Shown: positions 1-9,226, counted from the stretch's first letter. The stretch is DNA of 64,000 bases from an uncultured Oscillospiraceae bacterium (GCA_964612345.1 CAZTEH010000004.1:18265-82264), one strand, 5' to 3'. Notes: generated from the sequence alone by a model not told the origin. Translations and numbers: made by a program.

Positions 1-606
1 TGCAGCCTGCGCTCTGGTAAGAGGATCGGTAGGATGGATCCTTCCGTCATTGTATGCTCCAAAGTATTCCCTTCCTGTCATTTTCTCCAAAGCAGCAGTA
101 GCCCAGGTTGCGATCAGTCTGTAATCGCGATAGGATTTCAGATTGCCTCCCCCTTTATAATTTGGAAGGATATTGGAAAGCATCACCGCGGCTTCCTGCC
201 TGGTGATTGGGCTGTTGGGCCGGAAGGTTTTTTCCTCGGCGCCACCCGCCGTGTAAGACGTTGTTTCGGCCATGGAGATAGCCTTGTAATACCATTTGTC
301 GTAGGTTACATCTTTATAGCTCGTTGCATCGTAATCGATATTGATATTAAAAGCATCATTGACCATGGAAACAAACTCGGCTCTTGTTACCGACTTGTCC
401 GGAAGAAAACGTCCGTCGGGATAGCCATTCACAAAGTTTTTGTTCGATGCTCTGGTAATAAAGCCTTCCGCCCAGTGTCCGCGGGTGTCCTTGAAGTTGG
501 TTGCCGCATAGGAATCGGTGGGCATGAAGAGAGGCAGCGACAAAACCAGCGCCAGCGATAATACCAGCGCCAATATCCGGTGTCCAATTCTTCGTTTCAG
601 GCTCAT
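1..606 (-). CDS. SLH-domain cell-wall-anchored protein, N-terminal part (gene continues past the window start)
   Basis: Missing from the ORF track because it runs off the edge. Minus-strand ATG at 606-604 is preceded by a GGGGGAAAAG RBS. My translation is MSLKRRIGHRILALVLSLALVLSLPLFMPTDSYAATNFKDTRGHWAEGFITRA...GYPDGRFLPDKSVTRAEF...RPNSPITRQEAAVM...DGRIHPTDPLTRAQAA, i.e. a signal peptide plus three SLH repeats. Confidence 0.85.
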   Translation of the reverse strand, partial: MSLKRRIGHRILALVLSLALVLSLPLFMPTDSYAATNFKDTRGHWAEGFITRASNKNFVNGYPDGRFLPDKSVTRAEFVSMVNDAFNINIDYDATSYKDVTYDKWYYKAISMAETTSYTAGGAEEKTFRPNSPITRQEAAVMLSNILPNYKGGGNLKSYRDYRLIATWATAALEKMTGREYFGAYNDGRIHPTDPLTRAQAA

Positions 607-654
607 TTTCTTTTCCCCCTTTTAAATATCGCAAATGATTACACGTTCCCCTAA

Positions 655-683
655 ATTCTACCATTGTTTCGTTTGGATTTCAA
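655..683 (-). promoter_or_regulatory. Sigma-A-like promoter for the SLH gene starting at 606
   Basis: On the minus strand: TTGAAA (683-678), 17-nt spacer ending in TGg, then TAGAAT (660-655), about 50 nt upstream of the ATG. Confidence 0.4.
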
Positions 684-750
684 TTCTCAACATAATAGAT
701 ATCGGCTGTAGAGATAATTTCTTAAATCGAGTTGGCCGTAGAATAAAGAG

Positions 751-780
751 CAGGCCCTTATCTGTTCAGATAAGGGCCTG
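751..780 (-). terminator. Perfect 14-bp palindromic hairpin (CAGGCCCTTATCTG / CAGATAAGGGCCTG), terminator-like
   Basis: Exact inverted repeat 751-764 / 767-780. On the minus strand it is followed by CTCTTTATTC. Confidence 0.45.
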
Positions 781-1000
781 TATAAAGAATGGATAATCTT
801 TATGGTGTAATATTATATACAGCATTCATATTGAGGGTCGTTGTGATACTATGCCCGCCTGTCAATACCGAAGCGGGAATCGTAACTACGATTTGCGGTG
901 TACTATTACAAGGCAATAAATAGTTTATCACTGTATTTGGGAAAATCAAACAAATTTCCAAAAATACTGTAAAAAAATAAGTAAAACAGACATTGTTTCA

Positions 1001-1026
1001 TAAAAGAAGGGCAGATTTCTCTGCCC
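1001..1026 (-). terminator. Intrinsic terminator of the 972-aa SLH gene
   Basis: GGGCAG (1009-1014) pairs with CTGCCC (1021-1026). A T-run (TTCTTTTA) follows on the minus strand, about 70 nt after the stop at 1094. Confidence 0.6.
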
Positions 1027-1093
1027 TTTATAAGGAAATGCTGTATTTAGTTTCTGTCAGAAAAAGAGGCCACAAGTTATATGTGCGAAATGG

Positions 1094-4012
1094 TTACAAT
1101 GGCCGAGTGAACGTAATGTAATACGGGACTTCGGTACTGCCGGACTTGATATTAAATACGACGGCAACGGGATCGGTTCCTGCCGGTATCGAAAGGCTAT
1201 AGCTTGCAGAACCCAAAACGCTGCTCAGTGTCGTGACGGAGACGCCGGTACCGGAAGGCTCTTTTACTTCCGCATATTCATCGTTTGCTGACACTGCCAA
1301 AGTTACGACGGCTGATCCGCTGGTTGAAAGCGCATAGGATAAAGTGCCTCCGCTTAATGTTTGAGAGATATTGTCGATGCTGATCGAGTTTACACTCGCA
1401 TCATTTACCGTGCTCAAGCTCATGGTATAGGTGCTTGCCGTTTTGCCGGCACCGGAAATCGTAATCGATAAGGAAGGATTGGCCGCGATATCTACTGAAG
1501 TAATCAAAACTCCAGCACCTGTTATGGTTCCAAGACCGTTTCCGGTAAGGGTAATTGTAGCGGTAGAATCCGCCAGCGCCCGTAATTCGATCGCCGAGAT
1601 GTTAGAATTCATACCAACGGAATAATGATACGTGGTCGAATGGAACGAGATCTGATTGTCGTTTATTACCGTCCCTCCGATGAATGGCTTAATGGTCAGG
1701 CTATCGAGAGTAACCCTTGGCAGGGTCGTCGTCGTCGATTGCTTAACCGGTGTGGAATAGGTACCCGCGGCATTCGAATACAGGGTTGCCCATACATCAT
1801 AAGCTACGCCGCTTCCCAATCCGCTCAATGAAGGCAAAGTTACAGAAGCTGAGGCTGATACACTCTCGTTTTTCGCTGATGCCAGCGCCAGTGCTCCGCT
1901 GCTGTTCTGACCAGCCGCAATCTGAGCTGCTGTTGGTGCGGTAGCTCCGGAAGGCACAACGACAGCGTAGAGCTTGCCGACCACATTCGGAGTCATGGTC
2001 GCTGAAATCGTCGTATCTCCCGGAGATACGGTAAAGCTATTCAGCGCTGGTGTTGTATATCCGGTGGTCCATGTTACGGAAGAGGATGGAATGACATCGC
2101 CGTCATCCTTGGTTTTAAGCTTGTTACTGACTACGGCCACATAGTATTTCTGGTTTAAGACCAAATTTGAATTCGGTGTTATGGTAATGACCTTTTTCGA
2201 TGAATTGATTGAAACGGAATAGGATACCGAATCACCGCTGGAGTTGGTTTTTTTAAACACCAGGCAGTCCTTCAAATAAGAGTCGCTGGTGCTGATTGTC
2301 GTTCCGCTATAGCGGACTACATCATCAGAGAACGCGATCGTAATGCCAGTATTGACCGGAACGGTTGTTGACCCGTTTACTGGGCTGTAAGTAGTAGTCA
2401 CGCTTTCAGTATCATCTCCGGTAGTAAAGTAGATCGATTGCGCCACATTTCCATTTCCATCGTTATCGCGGATGGAGTTTTTATCGATGATCACATAGTA
2501 TTTTGTGTCCTTCGACAATGCGGAGTCCGGCGTGATTGTTATGACTGTTTTTGCGCTGTTTATGGTAGCGGAATAAGCAACGGTGCTCCCGGAAGAGGAG
2601 CTTTTCCGCAGTTCAACGAAATCATCGATATCAGAACTGGAAATGCTGTCTCCATCGTACATTTCCATGGCTTCATCGAAGGTTATGGTGATCTTCGCAT
2701 CCAGTTTCACATTGGTTGCAGCATTTTTCGGGCTATAGGTTATATCAGAAGTTTCGTCTGATTCGGTCGGGGTATCGGCAGAAGATGCGATGGTCCATTT
2801 TTTCGGTTTCGTTTCATAGGTGATATCGTCCGCATTGACGTTCATTAGAGAAATCGTGCCGCTGCCATGGAAATAGCTTTCGACATTTACCGTCGCCGTG
2901 CTGATGGTAGTGCCGCTGGCCGCGGTGATATCCGAGCCCTTGCCGCTGACGGTTAAGGTATCGATGGTTCCGGTTTCTAAGGTAACATCCGCCTTGGTGC
3001 CGCTTACATTGACCTTTGGAAAACTACCTTTTAAAGTTACTTCTGCGGAACCATTCACAGTGATATTACTGAATCCGGGGCCAAAAAGACCGCCGCTTAA
3101 GCCGGAGGTTTGCAGGACAGAGGATTGTGAAGCGGAGAGTTTCGCAATGGCGGTTTCACCTTTTGCAAGAACGCGGACCGGATCGTCATCCTTATTGACG
3201 GTCACATTGGCAACACGGGAGTTGCTAACGGTTATGGAGTCGGTTCCCCCTCCCTTTACGGAAAGGCTGCCTAAAACAACACAGTTATCGATTGTGGCGC
3301 TGTCTTCGCCAAGATCCTCATCGATGGTTACATTATTGGAATAGATTTTGCCGGAAAGCTTGGTTCCGTCATCGTCGATTACAGGGCTGCTGGTAACGAT
3401 GGTCTCATGATCAATGATATCGCAGATGATCTTCGCTGTCTGAGCCCTTGTGAGCTGATCCGCCGGGTGGATTTTTCCATCGTTATAAGCACCGATGTAT
3501 CCTTTTCCATTGACCTTTTCGACGGCATCATAAGCCCAATCGGCGATAGAACCATAATCAGAATAGGTTTTCAGATTTGCATCTTCCCCATAGGTAGGTA
3601 CAATTCTGGAAATCATCACAGCGGCTTCCTGCCTTGTGATCGGATTGTTCGGCCGAAACGTATTGTCGTCATAGCCTGCAGTATAAGCTGCGGCGACAGC
3701 CTTTGCAACGTCATTGTAATACCACTCGCCGTAGGAAACGTCGCTGAACGTCAGGCTTTCCGTACCGGTGTTTCCGAGAGCCTTATTCACCATGGTGGCA
3801 AACTCGGCTCTGGTTACCGCTTTGTCCGGTTGAAACTTGCCATCCGGATATCCGGTTATTATTTTTTGATTAACGGCGGTATTGATGTAGCTTTCCGCCC
3901 AATGGCCGCCAGTATCGGTAAACGTGCTCGCTGCATAGGAATTTACAGGCACTGCCAGCGACAGCGACAGAACAATTGCCAGGATGCAGCATCCTAATCT
4001 TTTCAATCTCAT
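1094..4012 (-). CDS. Large SLH-domain surface protein with tandem SbsA/Big-like Ig domains and C-terminal cadherin-like beta-sandwich repeats
   Basis: 972-aa ORF with signal peptide (MRLKRLGCCILAIVLSLSLAVPVNSYA) and three SLH repeats (FTDTGGHWAE..., GYPDGKFQPDKAVTRAEF, TFRPNNPITRQEAAVM, IHPADQLTRAQTA). The rest is Thr/Ser/Val-rich beta-type sequence. GGGGGAAATAAT RBS lies before the ATG. Confidence 0.9.
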   Translation of the reverse strand: MRLKRLGCCILAIVLSLSLAVPVNSYAASTFTDTGGHWAESYINTAVNQKIITGYPDGKFQPDKAVTRAEFATMVNKALGNTGTESLTFSDVSYGEWYYNDVAKAVAAAYTAGYDDNTFRPNNPITRQEAAVMISRIVPTYGEDANLKTYSDYGSIADWAYDAVEKVNGKGYIGAYNDGKIHPADQLTRAQTAKIICDIIDHETIVTSSPVIDDDGTKLSGKIYSNNVTIDEDLGEDSATIDNCVVLGSLSVKGGGTDSITVSNSRVANVTVNKDDDPVRVLAKGETAIAKLSASQSSVLQTSGLSGGLFGPGFSNITVNGSAEVTLKGSFPKVNVSGTKADVTLETGTIDTLTVSGKGSDITAASGTTISTATVNVESYFHGSGTISLMNVNADDITYETKPKKWTIASSADTPTESDETSDITYSPKNAATNVKLDAKITITFDEAMEMYDGDSISSSDIDDFVELRKSSSSGSTVAYSATINSAKTVITITPDSALSKDTKYYVIIDKNSIRDNDGNGNVAQSIYFTTGDDTESVTTTYSPVNGSTTVPVNTGITIAFSDDVVRYSGTTISTSDSYLKDCLVFKKTNSSGDSVSYSVSINSSKKVITITPNSNLVLNQKYYVAVVSNKLKTKDDGDVIPSSSVTWTTGYTTPALNSFTVSPGDTTISATMTPNVVGKLYAVVVPSGATAPTAAQIAAGQNSSGALALASAKNESVSASASVTLPSLSGLGSGVAYDVWATLYSNAAGTYSTPVKQSTTTTLPRVTLDSLTIKPFIGGTVINDNQISFHSTTYHYSVGMNSNISAIELRALADSTATITLTGNGLGTITGAGVLITSVDIAANPSLSITISGAGKTASTYTMSLSTVNDASVNSISIDNISQTLSGGTLSYALSTSGSAVVTLAVSANDEYAEVKEPSGTGVSVTTLSSVLGSASYSLSIPAGTDPVAVVFNIKSGSTEVPYYITFTRPL
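2060..2737 (-). repeat. Tandem duplication of a ~107-aa Ig-like module inside the 972-aa SLH protein
   Basis: Residues 426-532 (YSPKNAATNVKLDAKITITFDEAM...KTVITITPDSALSKDTKYYVIID...IYFTTG) parallel residues 542-651 (YSPVNGSTTVPVNTGITIAFSDDV...KKVITITPNSNLVLNQKYYVAVV...VTWTTG). Confidence 0.8.
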
Positions 4013-4180
4013 AGATTATTTCCCCCTTATTAATAGATAAATATTGCATTCTTTATTTTCACACTTTAGTAAATTTTACTACTTCAATTATTACAATACA
4101 ATTTACGGGATGTTACGATTGTATTAAGTTGACTGAGCCAATTCGACTTATTTTGCCATTATTCGCACGATGTTTTTTGC

Positions 4181-4209
4181 TGGACACTCCTCCCTTAGAA
4201 GCATATAAT
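4181..4209 (+). promoter_or_regulatory. Sigma-A-like promoter for the SLH/GLUG gene
   Basis: TGGACA (4181-4186), 17-nt spacer, TATAAT (4204-4209). It would give a 5' UTR of about 120 nt. Confidence 0.4.
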
Positions 4210-4336
4210 TGGGATAGTATTAAACAGGGATTTCGATGCCAAAAAGAACATCATCTTTTTGACGCGGCAATAAGGAAGAAAGTTCCATTCGATCGGGAAA
4301 TTCGTATACATTTGGGAAAAATGGGAGGAAAAAGAG

Positions 4337-6739
4337 ATGAAACACAAGAAAGGATTATCCATAATACTGACAGTTGTTATGGTGCTGACCCTTGGATTGA
4401 GCAGCAGTTATGCGGAAACTTCTACGGGAGCCGCGGTGACGACTACCGGCGCGGACTTTACTGATATCAGCGGCCACTGGGCGGAATCAACCATAAAGGA
4501 GGCGGCAAGTCTTAAGATTGTGGGGGGCTATCCGGACGGTACTTATCTGCCGGATAATTTGATCAAAAGAGAAGAGTTTTATAAACTGCTTACAAATATA
4601 TTAACCGAGAAGCCTGACACGACCAACACAAAGATCCAATTCACCGATGTGGTGGATTATGAATGGTATGTTCCTACTATTAAAATAGCCGTGGCTTCCG
4701 GGATCACTTCCGGCTACGGAGATGGCACCTTCGGAATCGGCCTCATGATCAGCAGACAGGAAGCGGCAAAAGTAGCAGGCTCGGTGATACCAACCGCCGG
4801 AGTCGAGGATGAGAAGGGCGCTGAAACCGCCTTGGACAAGGGCCAGATCGCTGTCTGGGCATACGACTATGTTAACCTGATGTTTAATAAGGGTTACATG
4901 AAAGGGGATACGGAAGGCAACTTTCGCCCAACGATGGCACTGACCAGAGCGGAAGCAGCGACCATCCTATTAAATGTAAAGAAAAATGAAGCGGTTATTG
5001 CAGCGAATGCAGAGGAGCTTGCAACTACCGACTGCATGGCGGCGCACACTGGTCAGGAAGGCGTTTTTGTCAAAGGAGAAGGTACGAAAAACGACCCTTA
5101 TGAAATCGCCAGTGAGGAGCAGCTGAATCACATGAGGATGCATACATCAGAGGGAGCTTTCTATGTTTTAACAAAAAACATAGCGATCACAAAGGATTAT
5201 ACCACCACGCCTCCGGCAGTGGGCTCCGACGAAGCTAACTGGACCGGCGGTAACTTCGAGCCTATCGGAAGTAAAGAGGCACCTTTTAAAGGATCGCTTG
5301 ACGGAAACGATTATACCATCAGCGGTTTGAATATTTCGGGGACGATTGGCAGAAATTCAGATAAAACGGGAGCAAGCTATGCGGGCTTGTTTGGGTACTT
5401 GGCTTCAGGTTCCGATGTTACAGATCTAATTATTGACGCATCAACGATCACGGGGAATCAATATACAGGAGCAATTGCAGGATATAACGATGGAATGATT
5501 AAGAACTGCCAACTGGATAAAAAGGGAATTGTGAATGGAACAACTTATACCGGTGGGCTGGTAGGGTATAGTACACAGCCGTTATCCTCATTAAGAAATA
5601 GGGGAAGCGTAACCGGAACCTTAGCTTATACCGGTGGAATTGCAGGATCTGTAAGTGCGCCAGGCACGGCAATGATTTATTGCCAGAACGAAGGAACTGT
5701 TTCCGGAAATGAAAGCACTGGAGGAGTTGTGGGGAAATTTACATCCGCTTCAGGTTCGATTGCTTCCATTAAGGAATGTTATAACAAAGGTTCCGTGCAA
5801 GCCGGACCATATAATGCGGGCGGCATAGCAGGAATAGCAAGCGGAAGCAATTATGGTATCAATATCACAGACTGTGCAAATTCAGGTATTGTTTCAGGAA
5901 CAGGTGTAAATGGAGGAATTGTAGGATTTCTGGAAACCGACAAGGCTACAGTTACAAAAAGTAAGAATACTGGGGAAGTATCAGGTAATGGTGCCGGAGG
6001 TATTGTGGGTTATAACCAAGGCGTCGTAAGTTACAGCTATAATTCCGGCTCTGTAAAAGCAAATATTGATGGCGGCGGCATCGTTGCTTATCAGCAAGAC
6101 GGTGATGGAAGAATAACGAAATGTTATAATGAAGGAACCGTCAGTTCAAAGAGCTACGCCGGCGGTATCGTAGGGCAAAATGGTTCCAAGGTTGACAATT
6201 GTTATAATTCAGGCAAAGTCAGTGGGACAAATTCTATCGGCGGTGTTGCAGGGATGAATACAGGTACGGTTACTAACGTTTACGATTGTGGTACAGTTAC
6301 AGGAAGTAATGGCGTCGGAACTCTTTTGGGCAGAAACGCAGGAACGTTAAGCAACTCCTACTGGCTTGAGACTACCGGAACTTCAGGAATTGGCATGAAC
6401 GACAGCGAAAGCAGCCAGACGTTAGTAGTTAAAGTTACTCATGAAGAACTTTCTGGACAGACGAAGATTAAGACCAACAATGGATATGAGATGCTGATCA
6501 ATGTTATGAATGCCAACAATACTACCAACGCAAATATCGTTAATAAAACGAATCCGGATCCGGTTTGGGAATACCTATATAAAATTGTGGAATCAGCTAC
6601 GGAGCCGGACACCACAGTTGTATCGGATGGCGGGGGGGTTGTGCCTCCAATTCAATATGAGACGACAGATATAAAAGGAAATATAATTAAAGCTGAAGAT
6701 TTAACAACCAAATACCTATATCCCAGCATTATTAATTAA
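4337..6739 (+). CDS. SLH-domain surface protein with about 12 GLUG-type Gly-rich repeats
   Basis: 800-aa ORF with signal peptide and SLH repeats (FTDISGHWAESTI, GYPDGTYLPDNLIKREEF, NFRPTMALTRAEAATI). These are followed by a repeating N.G.V.G....GG(I/V)(A/V)G unit. GGGAGGAAAAAGAG RBS. Confidence 0.9.
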   Translation: MKHKKGLSIILTVVMVLTLGLSSSYAETSTGAAVTTTGADFTDISGHWAESTIKEAASLKIVGGYPDGTYLPDNLIKREEFYKLLTNILTEKPDTTNTKIQFTDVVDYEWYVPTIKIAVASGITSGYGDGTFGIGLMISRQEAAKVAGSVIPTAGVEDEKGAETALDKGQIAVWAYDYVNLMFNKGYMKGDTEGNFRPTMALTRAEAATILLNVKKNEAVIAANAEELATTDCMAAHTGQEGVFVKGEGTKNDPYEIASEEQLNHMRMHTSEGAFYVLTKNIAITKDYTTTPPAVGSDEANWTGGNFEPIGSKEAPFKGSLDGNDYTISGLNISGTIGRNSDKTGASYAGLFGYLASGSDVTDLIIDASTITGNQYTGAIAGYNDGMIKNCQLDKKGIVNGTTYTGGLVGYSTQPLSSLRNRGSVTGTLAYTGGIAGSVSAPGTAMIYCQNEGTVSGNESTGGVVGKFTSASGSIASIKECYNKGSVQAGPYNAGGIAGIASGSNYGINITDCANSGIVSGTGVNGGIVGFLETDKATVTKSKNTGEVSGNGAGGIVGYNQGVVSYSYNSGSVKANIDGGGIVAYQQDGDGRITKCYNEGTVSSKSYAGGIVGQNGSKVDNCYNSGKVSGTNSIGGVAGMNTGTVTNVYDCGTVTGSNGVGTLLGRNAGTLSNSYWLETTGTSGIGMNDSESSQTLVVKVTHEELSGQTKIKTNNGYEMLINVMNANNTTNANIVNKTNPDPVWEYLYKIVESATEPDTTVVSDGGGVVPPIQYETTDIKGNIIKAEDLTTKYLYPSIIN
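5378..6361 (+). repeat. Array of about 12 degenerate 22-30-aa GLUG-like repeats (protein level)
   Basis: Recurrent cores: AGLFGY, TGAIAGY, TGGLVGY, TGGIAGS, TGGVVGK, AGGIAGI, NGGIVGF, AGGIVGY, GGGIVAY, AGGIVGQ, IGGVAGM, VGTLLGR. Confidence 0.75.
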
Positions 6740-6775
6740 AACCAGGGTGAACTTAGAATTGTAATATGGCTGTAA

Positions 6776-6803
6776 TGGACTTAAACCTCTTATTTGATAT
6801 AAT
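6776..6803 (+). promoter_or_regulatory. Sigma-A-like promoter for the 6860/7493 SLH gene pair
   Basis: TGGACT (6776-6781), 16-nt spacer, TATAAT (6798-6803). The -35 sits inside the 13-mer CTGTAATGGACTT, which recurs at 9092-9104. Confidence 0.4.
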
Positions 6804-6859
6804 ATTCAAAGACCATGAGAGTGAAATAATTTTGTTATAATCCGAAAGGGGTGGAAAAT

Positions 6860-7480
6860 TTGAAAAGAAAAAATAAAGCATTAATACTAATAGTTACTCT
6901 TATATTGGCGTTATCTTCAGTTACAGGGGTTGCATTCGCGGATGTTGATTATAGTCAATGGGATACAATGGCAAATTATCCGTCAGACGTAAGTGCTACT
7001 TCGCCGCTGTTTCCTGCAGTGAAATATTTGATTGATAAAAAGGTATTGACTGGTTATTCTGATGGAACCTTCAAACCAGAGGGATATATTACAAGAGCTG
7101 AAATCGCTGTTGCAGTTACTAAAATGACGAACCGTACCGGGGAGCTTGCAGAAATGGAATTAAAGGAAGGTTTCGGCGATTTGGCAGGATACGGATGGGC
7201 TAAGGGTTATATCAACATTCTAGTAAACGCTAATGTTATTAAGGGTACAACCAGTACAACTTATGCGCCTGGGAAAAACATCAGTTATGCTGAGTTAATA
7301 ACAATATTAATCAGAACAAAAGGCAGTGCGGCATCAGAATTAGATAATGCCGGAACTTGGCCAAATAATTATATTTTATATGCGCAGACCTATAATTTAC
7401 TTGGTGATATAGTTGTAAGTGATTGGAATACACCGGCTACCAGGGGAGATGTAGCAAAATTGATCTATAGAATGATGTAA
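6860..7480 (+). CDS. Small secreted protein made only of SLH repeats (about 206 aa)
   Basis: The ORF track starts at GTG 6851. I prefer TTG 6860, 8 nt after the AAAGGGG RBS, which gives MKRKNKALILIVTLILALSSVTGVAFA. The rest is SLH-like: LTGYSDGTFKPEGYITRAEIA, FGDLAGYGWAKGYI, AGTWPNNYILYA. No further domain. Confidence 0.85.
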   Translation: MKRKNKALILIVTLILALSSVTGVAFADVDYSQWDTMANYPSDVSATSPLFPAVKYLIDKKVLTGYSDGTFKPEGYITRAEIAVAVTKMTNRTGELAEMELKEGFGDLAGYGWAKGYINILVNANVIKGTTSTTYAPGKNISYAELITILIRTKGSAASELDNAGTWPNNYILYAQTYNLLGDIVVSDWNTPATRGDVAKLIYRMM

Positions 7481-7492
7481 AAGGGGGAAATT

Positions 7493-8935
7493 ATGAAAAA
7501 CAGATTTTTAAAAAGGACAGCCATGACTTTGGCGTTTGTCCTAATGTGCAGTGGCTTTATATTTGCAGCGAATACGGTAGAAACCGCTGCGCTATCAGAT
7601 ATAGCGGGGGCATCGTATGAAGAGGCTGTAAAAACGCTTGTTGAAGAGGGAATCATTACAGGAGATACGGATGGACTGTTTCATCCTGATTCCAATTTAA
7701 CCAGAGCTCAGGCTTGTGTTATTGTCGTGAAGTCCATGAATCCACCCGCATCTGAAATTACAGGCACTGCCACTCAACCGATCAGCAAAAGCGGCTTTGC
7801 AGATATGTCGGGTTATGGCTGGGCGGAAGGCTATATCAGTTATGCTGTGAAGCATGGTGTTACAAAAGGTTATCCGGACGGCACTTTTAAGCCCGGTAAC
7901 AATGTGACCATGAATGAATTGATTACCATGGTACTCAGAGCCTCAGATTTTACCGACGAGAGTCTCGGAGGCACTTGGCCAGCAAATTATATAGAGAAGG
8001 CAACGGAACAGGAATTACTTAGTAACATCCCAACTCCAATCCCAACTCTTGCAACAAAATGGATGGCGGCACAGTTTGATTATAATGCATTGGATAAAAT
8101 TATAGCAGCAAATCCGTCAAAAGAGACACCGGGGCAGGGGACTGATCAGGATAAGCCAGATACCATTCCAAATACGGCCATAATGACATTTGCAAGTGGC
8201 AGCTTCAATAGTACAATGACGTCGTTTAGCGGCAAGGCTATATCGGAAGATGTAATCATATATACTTACGGTCAGTCGAAGGATTATACCAATACTATGA
8301 CCTTCACTAACAAGCTTTCCGATTATAGGATAGACACTGTATATAAATATAAAAATGTAAAAACCGCAGCGTTTTACAAGGTTGAGGGTGGTAAAATTAT
8401 TGCGATGGTAGTTCCTATGGATGTTGGCTTTAGCGGAAGAGCATACAGTGTTATTAATGATACGGACACTTCTTTGAATGTTAAAGCAGAATCTGTCACA
8501 GGAGTTGTGACTCTTACCGCAACAAGAGAAATCACTTGGCTTGGGAAAAAAGGACTTGCAAATGTTCCTACTAGCGCTCAGTATCTCCAGGGAGAAGTCT
8601 ATGAATTAAATCTCTCCGGCGGTGAAATTCAAAGCATTTATAAATCCTCTGAGGCAGGGAAAAAAGGTGATGCCTTCGAAGAGATTTCCAGTTCCGGCGC
8701 GATTTTCGTAACAGTTGAAAGCTGCGAGGATGGCGTAGTGAAGATTATAGATGCTGACGGGGGAAGAGTATTTGAGGTAAAAGATAATGCGTCCGTTTAT
8801 GTTATAGATCTGAATGATCCTACAGAGTATACAGCGGGTAGAGTGTCCGGAATCAGGGAGGGAATGCAAATCAGAGCATATGATATAACCGATGATGATG
8901 AACCTTCTGCGGATATTGTAGTATTAAAATATTAA
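7493..8935 (+). CDS. SLH-domain surface protein (480 aa)
   Basis: GGGGGA RBS, signal peptide, SLH repeats (ITGDTDGLFHPDSNLTRAQA, FADMSGYGWAEGYI, GGTWPANYIEKA), then a beta-rich C-terminal domain. Confidence 0.9.
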   Translation: MKNRFLKRTAMTLAFVLMCSGFIFAANTVETAALSDIAGASYEEAVKTLVEEGIITGDTDGLFHPDSNLTRAQACVIVVKSMNPPASEITGTATQPISKSGFADMSGYGWAEGYISYAVKHGVTKGYPDGTFKPGNNVTMNELITMVLRASDFTDESLGGTWPANYIEKATEQELLSNIPTPIPTLATKWMAAQFDYNALDKIIAANPSKETPGQGTDQDKPDTIPNTAIMTFASGSFNSTMTSFSGKAISEDVIIYTYGQSKDYTNTMTFTNKLSDYRIDTVYKYKNVKTAAFYKVEGGKIIAMVVPMDVGFSGRAYSVINDTDTSLNVKAESVTGVVTLTATREITWLGKKGLANVPTSAQYLQGEVYELNLSGGEIQSIYKSSEAGKKGDAFEEISSSGAIFVTVESCEDGVVKIIDADGGRVFEVKDNASVYVIDLNDPTEYTAGRVSGIREGMQIRAYDITDDDEPSADIVVLKY

Positions 8936-8962
8936 ATGAAAAAGATATTCTTTTAATATATG

Positions 8963-8993
8963 GGCGTCTGCTTTAGCAGACGTCTATTTTTAT
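8963..8993 (+). terminator. Intrinsic terminator after the 480-aa SLH gene
   Basis: GGCGTCTGC (8963-8971), TTTA loop, GCAGACGTC (8976-8984), then TATTTTTATT. Confidence 0.7.
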
Positions 8994-9097
8994 TGTAGTA
9001 TATGGTGCCGGGGGATACCAATACGTGTTTATCTGAGTCCTGGTAGTTTTTGTCGAAAATTGCGTGGAATGTTAACAGACCTGTAACACGTCTGTAA

Positions 9098-9126
9098 TGG
9101 ACTTCTTGGGACATGTTCGTTATAAT
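9098..9126 (+). promoter_or_regulatory. Distal promoter P1 of the S-layer gene
   Basis: TGGACT (9098-9103), 17-nt spacer, TATAAT (9121-9126). It is embedded in the shared 13-mer CTGTAATGGACTT. Confidence 0.4.
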
Positions 9127-9226
9127 AAAAATGTACCTTAGAGAACAACCCCTTGGCACTAGTCAAAAACATTGAAAGTATCTTCTTTTGGATGTATTAC
9201 AATTTGGTTACATTTGAAAGTAGTGG

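Noticed and set aside
34-561. 175-aa plus-strand ORF (and the 356-664 minus-strand ORF) at the window start
   Set aside because: They lie antisense to or out of frame with the clearly SLH-encoding minus-strand gene 1-606. They have no RBS, and their sequences are composition-driven with no recognisable motifs.
1431-3997. Series of plus-strand ORFs (1431-1625, 2438-2761, 2898-3344, 3407-3997 and others) inside the 972-aa SLH gene
   Set aside because: All are antisense shadows of a long ORF with strong family signatures. None has a plausible start context.
4129-4464. 111-aa ORF overlapping the start of the GLUG/SLH gene
   Set aside because: It starts with TTG inside the promoter/leader region and runs out of frame into the real gene. 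It has no RBS and no motif.
6632-6638. Homopolymer tracts as phase-variation switches: G7 at 6632-6638, A8 at 42733-42740 in the PGT gene, and A8 runs in the GT4 gene (around 27210) and the CapE-like gene (around 37015)
   Set aside because: A/T runs of 8 are common in AT-rich coding DNA. The G7 tract lies in the last 35 codons of its gene. Without population or read-level length variation there is no support for phase variation.
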